NCBI RefSeq assembly: GCF_000092105.1
Contig: NC_014149.1
Span: 1 to 32,000, forward strand
Direction of reading: 5' to 3'
Source: Planctopirus limnophila DSM 3776
Lineage (GTDB): Bacteria; Planctomycetota; Planctomycetia; Planctomycetales; Planctomycetaceae
DNA length: 32,000 bases
Under the pieces are notes generated by a model. That model had not been told where the DNA came from, ran no database searches, and saw only the letters and a program-made list of their open reading frames with translations. The translations under genes and the position numbers were made by a program. Below, in pieces: positions 25,167 to 31,486 of this stretch. The number at the start of each line of letters is the position of its first letter. Positions within the stretch are counted from its first letter, which is position 1.

Positions 25167-25181
25167 TTTCTCTGGAAATCA
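25164..25181. repeat. Palindrome TGATTTC-N4-GAAATCA, copy 6 (spacer TCTG)
   Basis: Exact arms. The first 3 nt are the TGA stop of recombinase #2. It lies at the head of the early operon. Confidence 0.9.
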
Positions 25182-25205
25182 ACGACACAACTGGTCTGCC
25201 GCAGG

Positions 25206-25258
25206 CACGCCCGGTCTTTGCTGTGACTCCTGCAGCAGAGGCCGGGCGTGGCCGTTTT
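25206..25258 (+). terminator. Terminator/attenuator-like hairpin between int and the early operon
   Basis: CACGCCCGG...CCGGGCGTG outer stem with inner TGCTG/CAGCA pairing, followed by GCCGTTTTC. Confidence 0.35.
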
Positions 25259-25279
25259 CACTCATCAAGGAATTACATC

Positions 25280-25501
25280 ATGGGCTTTTCTCGCCCTCCA
25301 CTCACGGTCGAGCAAAGGCTGTCTGCTCTGCTTGCCGGCTTCAATCGTCGCGACATCAGGATCTTCATGGATGCAGTCACTCTGCTGAAGTTCGCGGCCG
25401 ACGGTCACTGCAAAAGTAAAGATTGCAACATGTGTAATCACCTCGAGCTGATCATGGAGCAAGGACTCCTTCACCCCACTCCCCAGGAACAATCGCTATG
25501 A
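25280..25501 (+). CDS. Small hypothetical protein (73 aa), first gene of the early operon
   Basis: AAGGA lies 8 nt upstream of the ATG, and there is an ATGA overlap with the next gene. It forms the tail of the otherwise spurious 23855-25501 ORF. Confidence 0.45.
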   Translation: MGFSRPPLTVEQRLSALLAGFNRRDIRIFMDAVTLLKFAADGHCKSKDCNMCNHLELIMEQGLLHPTPQEQSL

Positions 25502-26154
25502 GTGCTCGATTCGAGCTGAAAATCACTTCCCCCGTTGGGCTTGCCAGCGCTGATGAAGCCGCTGGTCGAGCACTGATTGACTTGGCACAGGTCACACCGA
25601 TTCGGGATGGCCAGGCCTTCGTCGCCTGTACTGAGAGTCGCATGCTTGCCATCGCTCGCTGCGAATCATCAGCAACGAACCAGTGCCTTGTCGGTGCTGA
25701 CTTGTTGCGTGAGCCCAGGAGCTTTAACGCATTGGCACCGAGAGCGTTTCCACCGGTGGACAAGCTACTTGAGCAGGAGTTGAAACGACCGTCTGCTGCA
25801 ACAGTCACATTCAATTGCCGACTGCTCAAGAAGCTGGCCAAAGCCCTTGGATCTTCGGATGGTCAAGTCACCATCATCGTATCTGATGATCCTACTTCGC
25901 CCATTAAGGTCGTCACGCGGACTGGTGACATCGGCTTGTTGATGCCGGTAGAGCCACCCATCTTTGTAATCGAAGAGTATGACCCTCCCGCAAAGCGTCA
26001 GGCGTCTGCTGATGAATGCTGGAGGCTTCAAGCTCAAGAATACGTGGACGCTCACGAAAGATCGCAAGCGTCAGCAGCCGTGACGCCACAGGCTCAGCCT
26101 GCAGGTTCCGATATAGATCGGAAATCGGAAGGGGGCCAGGCTCATGGTGATTGA
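25498..26154 (+). CDS. Sliding-clamp (DnaN) domain-like protein, tentative
   Basis: FPPVDKLL, then TVTFNCRLLKKLAKALG...IKVVTRTGDIGLLMPV, resemble the inter-domain FP motif and the C-terminal end of beta clamps. Confidence 0.35.
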   Translation: MSARFELKITSPVGLASADEAAGRALIDLAQVTPIRDGQAFVACTESRMLAIARCESSATNQCLVGADLLREPRSFNALAPRAFPPVDKLLEQELKRPSAATVTFNCRLLKKLAKALGSSDGQVTIIVSDDPTSPIKVVTRTGDIGLLMPVEPPIFVIEEYDPPAKRQASADECWRLQAQEYVDAHERSQASAAVTPQAQPAGSDIDRKSEGGQAHGD

Positions 26155-26368
26155 TCTCCAAGCCGCTTTCATAGACATGCTGGCCGAAGGCTGGACGAAT
26201 GATGGCCCAATGACTGAAGACCAGTTCGCGCAGCTGCAGGCCGCCTTCTTTGGAGGCGTGGCTTGCGCGGTCACGGACCTGCCCATCGATCACCCGCACA
26301 GGGAGGCGATCAACATTCAACTGCAGAAGTTTTTCCGCCAGTTTAAGGCCAAGAACGGTCTGGCCTGA
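26144..26368 (+). CDS. Hypothetical protein
   Basis: An 11-nt overlap with the upstream gene. The codon bias is consistent with neighbouring genes. Confidence 0.45.
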   Translation: MVIDLQAAFIDMLAEGWTNDGPMTEDQFAQLQAAFFGGVACAVTDLPIDHPHREAINIQLQKFFRQFKAKNGLA

Positions 26369-26403
26369 TTTAACGAGCCTTAACTCACTTGAAGGAACGC
26401 ACG

Positions 26404-26613
26404 ATGCTAGTCCTCTCCCGCAGACCGCATGAATCCATCCGCTTGACGATCCCTGAGAATCTTCCTCCTGGCACAGTGATTGAGATCACGACATTGGAAG
26501 TCAGGGCCAACGCCGTGAGGATTGGATTGACAGCACCTCGATCGGTGCAGATCGCCAGAAGCGAACTGGTTGACGAGTCAGGAGTCACCAGCAAGGAAGC
26601 TCCTGATGAGTAA
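26404..26613 (+). CDS. csrA: CsrA/RsmA-family RNA-binding regulator homologue
   Basis: MLVLSRRPHESIRL...VIEITTLEVRANAVRIGLTAPRSVQIARSEL aligns by eye with canonical CsrA (MLILTRR...[28 protein letters not shown]). GAAGGA Shine-Dalgarno lies 7 nt upstream. Confidence 0.75.
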   Translation: MLVLSRRPHESIRLTIPENLPPGTVIEITTLEVRANAVRIGLTAPRSVQIARSELVDESGVTSKEAPDE

Positions 26614-27634
26614 GCACAAGTCACCAGCACCCGGGCAGCAGTCGTTGATTGTCACACCGCCATACCCGAGGCGGCCACCCTACTTTGCCCTCAAATTCCT
26701 GAGGCTTGTCGATCGATTCTTCGGGCCTCAATACAACCCTCGAATTGTGCAGATCCTCATGTACGTGGTCTTAACTGAAGATCGCCGTCGATACGCCAGC
26801 GAACCGACCTTCTGGCTTTCGCAGATCCGCGATCGCATTGGCCTGAAGGATGACAGCCACACGGCTGCACTCATTCAACAGGCTGTTCAGTCAGGCTGGC
26901 TCTACTGGCATAAGCCATCGAATCGGGAACTTGCCACTGCCTGGGTGTTGGTGCCACTGGCTTATGAATGCGAGTTATCGAATGGATCAGAAGCTGAAGA
27001 TCACTTACCCGGGCTACAGCCCGGGTATCACCCCGGGTATCACCCCCGCAAAGACCCCGGCAAAGACCCAGTGAAAGACCCCTTGTCTTCTTTCCCTAAC
27101 CTTAACCCATCCCCCTCCCCCAAAGATGCCGTGGAGGAGGTGGTGGAAAAGTTGCTTCAGGCTGCAGGAGTGGCAAAGCACCTCGAAACGATCGAGGCCT
27201 CGCGAAAGCTGGGCAACTCCTTCGAGTGGATGCGAGCCAAGATCCAACACTTTCAAGCGAACAAGGGGAGCGACTGGGGGCCAGGCCTCCTCGCGACCCA
27301 CCTGAAATGCCGTAGTTTCGCGGGGACGCCCGCGAACCATGGCTGGCCGACTCGAACCACATCCGTGGCTTCGAGGACGCCTGACGCTGCTGCAGAGGCC
27401 ATCCGGTCCACGCAGCAGCTCGAACGTGACCGCCGGGAAAGGCAGCTCGAATTCCAGTTCGGGCCGCTTGTTGATCAGCTCTCATCCGATGAGCAGATCG
27501 ATCTCCTGAAGGCACGTCCTGACGCCGATCGACTGATTGAACTCTTTCGCAGCTCACACCGAGCGCGAGGCAAGGGAGGCGTCGTCCGACGCGCCCTGCT
27601 CGAAGAGTTCGCCAAGCGGCATACCGCCGCCTGA
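26606..27634 (+). CDS. Winged-helix replication-initiator-like protein with an internal repeat linker (tentative)
   Basis: ATG 26606 overlaps the csrA 3' end by 8 nt. The N-terminal region is wHTH-like, the central linker is PGLQPGYHPGYHPRKDPGKDPVKDP, and the C-terminus is helical. The function is inferred only from position and architecture. Confidence 0.35.
   Translation: MSKHKSPAPGQQSLIVTPPYPRRPPYFALKFLRLVDRFFGPQYNPRIVQILMYVVLTEDRRRYASEPTFWLSQIRDRIGLKDDSHTAALIQQAVQSGWLYWHKPSNRELATAWVLVPLAYECELSNGSEAEDHLPGLQPGYHPGYHPRKDPGKDPVKDPLSSFPNLNPSPSPKDAVEEVVEKLLQAAGVAKHLETIEASRKLGNSFEWMRAKIQHFQANKGSDWGPGLLATHLKCRSFAGTPANHGWPTRTTSVASRTPDAAAEAIRSTQQLERDRRERQLEFQFGPLVDQLSSDEQIDLLKARPDADRLIELFRSSHRARGKGGVVRRALLEEFAKRHTAA
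27008..27079. repeat. Six tandem 12-bp units (CCCGGGCTACAG, CCCGGGTATCAC x2, CCCCGCAAAGAC, CCCGGCAAAGAC, CCAGTGAAAGAC)
   Basis: The exact 12-nt periodicity can be read directly. The repeats lie in the linker of the 26606-27634 gene. Confidence 0.85.
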
Positions 27635-27652
27635 CTTCACCACGGATGGCCA

Positions 27653-28099
27653 GTGGGCACGGAGGCCCCTTTCCTTAACCTCACACAGGAGGCACGCTCA
27701 GCGTGCGCACGTATGGCGAAAATCCCCACCACGATCGACGGCTTTTATGACTGGCTCTGCCGGCAGGTACCTGAAGGGACGACCGTCAATTTCATCGTTG
27801 CTCTCTTCCACAGTGCCGAGCGAGGTCGCGTTTACACCTCAGTTAAGTACAACGTCGACCTCAACGATTACTCGAAGGATCGACCGGAGCAAATCCGGGA
27901 GCTGCTCAACAAAGATTTCCACTCACTGGAACAAGCGGGCAAGTGGGTCACGAATCATGCGATCCCGCTCCTTAAGGGAGCAAGGCTCGAAGTGCCCAGG
28001 CCGAAGCAGCGACGGCTGACAGACACGCCGATCGGCCTGCCGAATAAGCAGCCGCTTCGCCTCGAACACAAACCCGAACCCTCCCCCTTGATTCCGTGA
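27653..28099 (+). CDS. Hypothetical protein
   Basis: ORF in operon context. The start is uncertain (GTG 27653 or ATG 27713). Confidence 0.45.
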   Translation: MGTEAPFLNLTQEARSACARMAKIPTTIDGFYDWLCRQVPEGTTVNFIVALFHSAERGRVYTSVKYNVDLNDYSKDRPEQIRELLNKDFHSLEQAGKWVTNHAIPLLKGARLEVPRPKQRRLTDTPIGLPNKQPLRLEHKPEPSPLIP

Positions 28100-28287
28100 G
28101 GTGTGCTGTGACTCAGCCAGAACTCGACACGGATTTCACGGACGAGATCGTCTGCCCATGGTGCGGCTATGAGCATCGAGACAAATGGGAATACCAAGAA
28201 GGCGAGCAGTTCTGCGGTGACTGCGGCCGCAAGTTCTTTCTCGGGATTCACACGAAGGTGACCTATTCAACTGAACGCTTGGAGTAG
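28096..28287 (+). CDS. Zinc-ribbon protein (CPWC...CGDC)
   Basis: GTGA overlap with the upstream gene. It carries two CxxC pairs. Confidence 0.5.
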   Translation: MRCAVTQPELDTDFTDEIVCPWCGYEHRDKWEYQEGEQFCGDCGRKFFLGIHTKVTYSTERLE

Positions 28288-28289
28288 CA

Positions 28290-28694
28290 ATGTCAAATCC
28301 CCATTACCGGAAATGCTTTGGTTGCGATCTCGTGTGGAAGCATCATGAGGTCATGACGCCTCGCGTGGTCTGCCTCAGATGTAAATCACAAAACACCGGT
28401 CTAATTGACCGAGTGCAAAGGTTTGCAACTTACATCGAACTTATTGGTTTCACTCGTCATAGAAATGACTGCTGGAGAATGCAGCTGGCGAAAGATGATA
28501 AGTCTGAGCTGGTCATGCAGTTGGTCGAGAACCTCGATATCGAAAACGCCTTCGACGTTGAACTGCATTCGCTACCTCTCAACGTAGGCGACGATCTGGT
28601 TCCTCATGCCGTTTTTCTTACCTACGCCAGACCAGTCACATCCGCTCATCAACTCTCCACTCTCGTTGAAGTATTGAGGATGTATTGCCAATGA
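28290..28694 (+). CDS. Hypothetical protein with an N-terminal zinc ribbon (CFGC...CLRC)
   Basis: The ATG is 2 nt after the upstream stop. The gene looks A/T-richer than its flanks by eye. Confidence 0.5.
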   Translation: MSNPHYRKCFGCDLVWKHHEVMTPRVVCLRCKSQNTGLIDRVQRFATYIELIGFTRHRNDCWRMQLAKDDKSELVMQLVENLDIENAFDVELHSLPLNVGDDLVPHAVFLTYARPVTSAHQLSTLVEVLRMYCQ

Positions 28695-28939
28695 ACACGA
28701 GCCCTGAACTCAAGCCCCTCGTGACGTTCTACACCATATTCAACAGCCCTCTGGATTATCCAGGGGAGTTTGTCGTACGGCGATTCCATGTGATGCCTGG
28801 CGGCAAGCAGGCCGTGGACATGGATCTATGGGCAAGAGGCCCAACTCTTGAGAGCGTGATCGAACAGATCCCTGATGGACTCACCCGCATTGGTCGTCAT
28901 GCGCTGGATGTGTTGTCTCTTGTGGAGACGTGGTCATGA
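28691..28939 (+). CDS. Hypothetical protein
   Basis: ATGA overlaps at both ends. Confidence 0.5.
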   Translation: MNTSPELKPLVTFYTIFNSPLDYPGEFVVRRFHVMPGGKQAVDMDLWARGPTLESVIEQIPDGLTRIGRHALDVLSLVETWS

Positions 28940-29205
28940 AGCTCCTCTGCCGCATCTTTGGCTGCGAAATCCACAGACGCCATGACGGCTGCTGTGAGGA
29001 ATGTGGGGCCCACATCTACGACGACGATTTCATTCAGCAGCCCTGCTGGTTGATCCGTACGTGGCGGATCTGGTGGCAATGGCTGAGATGCAAGCTGGTC
29101 GGCCACAAGTGCTGCCACTGTGGCAAACGCTACTGGGTGCCAGGGCCGGGCGGCGGCGAGCTGTTCTGCTCCCTCGAATGCGACCGCGAACATGTCCCCT
29201 TTTAA
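28936..29205 (+). CDS. Cys-rich zinc-finger protein (DUF1660-like N-terminus MKLLCRIFGC)
   Basis: ATGA overlap. It has CCEEC and CCHC clusters. Confidence 0.5.
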   Translation: MKLLCRIFGCEIHRRHDGCCEECGAHIYDDDFIQQPCWLIRTWRIWWQWLRCKLVGHKCCHCGKRYWVPGPGGGELFCSLECDREHVPF

Positions 29206-29215
29206 GGATCTCCCC

Positions 29216-29470
29216 ATGAAGACCAAGCGAAACCCGAAGAACCTCAGAGAGTGGCAAGAAGCGGCCGACGCCGCTGAGCTATTCCTGCAGATTGATTCCG
29301 CCAGATCTTACGGCCTGATCACTGGCGGCCCGGCCGTCGATGTCGATCGCTGCGAGGAGCTGCTGAAGCTCGCCGCCCGCCGCAAGATTCGACCCAACAA
29401 AGATGCCCTCGGTCTCATCCTGCAGGGACTGAAGACCACAGGCGGCCAACTTGTGGAGAAGCCACGATGA
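29216..29470 (+). CDS. Hypothetical protein
   Basis: AAGGA Shine-Dalgarno 7 nt upstream of ATG 29216. I discount the longer ORF starting at 29120. Confidence 0.45.
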   Translation: MKTKRNPKNLREWQEAADAAELFLQIDSARSYGLITGGPAVDVDRCEELLKLAARRKIRPNKDALGLILQGLKTTGGQLVEKPR

Positions 29471-29817
29471 GAAACATGTCGTTCATGCTCACGACTCAGC
29501 AGATCCTCGATCGCAGCAAGACGGTCACACGTCGGCTGGGCTGGAAGTTCCTGAAGCCGGGCGAGCTCCTGCAGGCCTGCGAGAAGTGCCAAGGACTCAA
29601 GCCAGGCGAGCAGCTCCGCAAGCTGGCAGTGATCGAGGTGGTTTCGATCCGCACTGAGCCACTCAACGCGATCCGGGATGATGATGTTGCCCGGGAAGGA
29701 TTCCCCGATCAGCACTGGCATCAGTTCGTGGACATGTTCTGCGAGGCCATGGCGTGCCGGCCAACGGATCCAGTCCAGCGGATCGAGTTCAAGTATGTGG
29801 ACGAGGTGGCACCATGA
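29467..29817 (+). CDS. ASCH-domain protein
   Basis: ATGA overlap. ILDRSKTVTRRLGWKFLKPGE resembles the ASCH GxKTxExR-type motif, and the size fits. Confidence 0.55.
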   Translation: MRNMSFMLTTQQILDRSKTVTRRLGWKFLKPGELLQACEKCQGLKPGEQLRKLAVIEVVSIRTEPLNAIRDDDVAREGFPDQHWHQFVDMFCEAMACRPTDPVQRIEFKYVDEVAP

Positions 29818-30110
29818 AGAGTCACCCAACCAACGAAGCCCCTCAACTCTTTGAGGACGATACCGTCAGGCCGAAACCGGCCAGCCGCAAGCTGCCACCC
29901 TGCATCCCCTCGCCATCAGGCACAGGCCCAGCCGGTGAAACCTGCATGAGTTGCAGGCATCTCTGCAGAGTCAGGCACAACGATTACGTTTACCTCAAGT
30001 GCGGCCACATGAAGCATTCGTGGAGTCGTGGAGCAGGTACCGACATCCGGGCCGGATGGGCAGCCTGCCGGCAGTGGGAGAAGAAAGATCGTCGGGAGGT
30101 GGCCCAATGA
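29814..30110 (+). CDS. Cys/His-rich hypothetical protein
   Basis: ATGA overlap. It carries CMSCRHLC...CGH. Confidence 0.5.
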   Translation: MKSHPTNEAPQLFEDDTVRPKPASRKLPPCIPSPSGTGPAGETCMSCRHLCRVRHNDYVYLKCGHMKHSWSRGAGTDIRAGWAACRQWEKKDRREVAQ

Positions 30111-30514
30111 GTACCTCAACCAAGAACCGCTGCACGTGCATTGAATGTGAGATCTCTTTTGGGATTCGACCGCCTGGCACAGTTTCACCAGTGACCTGTG
30201 AAGAGTGTACAAGTCGATTAAAGCCCAGCCGCCTTTGTATGACCTGCCAGAGAATCATCGCAGTTGGTGAATGCTTTATCGATCATCCTCGTCTCGGTTC
30301 GCTTTGCTCAGTCTGTTGCGATAACTGGCTGAAACAGAAGGAAGACGATGCCTGGGATGAGTATTCAATGGCAGATGAAGAGGAAGAAAAACAGGGTCTC
30401 TACTCGTTCTGTAATTCACTCACGGAACTGCGGCTGGCGTTAAGGAGTTTAAAATGGGTTAGCGCTCAAGAAAACGATGCAGCAGCACAAGTCGGTCTGG
30501 AGGTGGCTGAATGA
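30107..30514 (+). CDS. Multi-zinc-ribbon protein with an acidic C-terminus
   Basis: ATGA overlap. It carries CTCIEC, CEEC, CMTC and CSVCC clusters. Confidence 0.5.
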   Translation: MSTSTKNRCTCIECEISFGIRPPGTVSPVTCEECTSRLKPSRLCMTCQRIIAVGECFIDHPRLGSLCSVCCDNWLKQKEDDAWDEYSMADEEEEKQGLYSFCNSLTELRLALRSLKWVSAQENDAAAQVGLEVAE

Positions 30515-30912
30515 AGCACCTCACACTCAAGAACGCCACTGGCTTCAGTCGGGGCGGTCATTCCAAGACCTATCCTGCCGGCACGATCTGCATTGTCTAT
30601 TCGGCGATTGACCACAACCAGCACCTCGATCTCAAGTGGCTGGGCGATGAACTCAAAAAGGCTCGCAAGCTGAACGAAGGCAAGTCAGGCCCACCGGCTT
30701 ATCTGGTCGTGATCGTCGAGGGTGAGTTCATCACTGTGCTGCCACGCGAGCAGATGGCCATCGCCGAATGCGATCAGCCAGAGCCAGCGATCCACCTGGC
30801 TGGCTTCCGCTCAGCCCCGATCACTCTGCAGCAATCGGAAGTTCTGCCGGCCGCCGCTCCCGACCCAGTGAAGCCTCCCAAGAAAGCCCCTCAACGGAGT
30901 CTCTTTGAATGA
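30511..30912 (+). CDS. Hypothetical protein
   Basis: ATGA overlaps at both ends. Confidence 0.5.
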   Translation: MKHLTLKNATGFSRGGHSKTYPAGTICIVYSAIDHNQHLDLKWLGDELKKARKLNEGKSGPPAYLVVIVEGEFITVLPREQMAIAECDQPEPAIHLAGFRSAPITLQQSEVLPAAAPDPVKPPKKAPQRSLFE

Positions 30913-31148
30913 GGCACCATAAGGTCAAGCCACTGGCCGGGCAGCTCTCGCTCCTGGGTGATCTGCCCGTGAAGTACTGCCCGGTCTGCGGTCGACGCCT
31001 GACGAGCGATCGCAGCCACAAGGCTGGCATTGGCCCGCAATGCCGACGTCAGGCTCACATCGTCCGACGCCAAGACGCCATCAGTCAGTTGATTCATCGA
31101 ATCGTTTTGAAGGTCAGGAAAGCCCCATGTCAAAGGTCATCGAAGTGA
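30909..31148 (+). CDS. DUF6011-like zinc-binding protein
   Basis: The CPVCGRRLTSDRSHKAGIGPQC motif. Confidence 0.55.
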   Translation: MRHHKVKPLAGQLSLLGDLPVKYCPVCGRRLTSDRSHKAGIGPQCRRQAHIVRRQDAISQLIHRIVLKVRKAPCQRSSK

Positions 31149-31486
31149 AACAGGCCAAGCCGACGAAAGAAGATTATGAGTGTTTTCTGGAGTTCATGTA
31201 CGGTCTTGAGCGCATGCTCGAGCATCGCGTTCACCCCGATCGCAACAAGGATGAGGAAATCGATATCAATTGGATCGATGAGAATTTGCGATACTGGATC
31301 GAAAGACAGTGGGACAATCGCAGTAAGCCTCTGGATGTTTCTTTGGTCTGGCAGCGAGTGTTTTATGCCGGCCAATGTGCCGTCGAAAACTCATGCGACC
31401 CCTCGAAGAAAGTCCTCGAATGGCGTCCTGAAATCCAGCGGGCTCTCGACTTCTACGAGGCCCACGGTCCAAAGGTAATCAAGTGA
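31127..31486 (+). CDS. Hypothetical protein
   Basis: ATG 31127 follows an AGGAAA Shine-Dalgarno. I discount the longer ORF starting at 31040. Confidence 0.5.
   Translation: MSKVIEVKQAKPTKEDYECFLEFMYGLERMLEHRVHPDRNKDEEIDINWIDENLRYWIERQWDNRSKPLDVSLVWQRVFYAGQCAVENSCDPSKKVLEWRPEIQRALDFYEAHGPKVIK

Noticed and set aside
2620-25181. The palindromic repeats as a CRISPR array or MITE family.
   Set aside because: The copies are 3-6 kb apart rather than separated by short uniform spacers. They are only 18 bp long, have no conserved flanks or target-site duplications, and there are no cas genes or transposases.
23855-25279. A 548-aa + strand ORF (23855-25501) overlapping recombinase #2 in another frame.
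   Set aside because: The translation is Arg/Pro/Ala/Gly-rich with no motifs, and it overlaps a gene with clear integrase signatures. Only its last 73 codons (25280-25501), which have their own SD and an ATGA junction, are kept as a small CDS.
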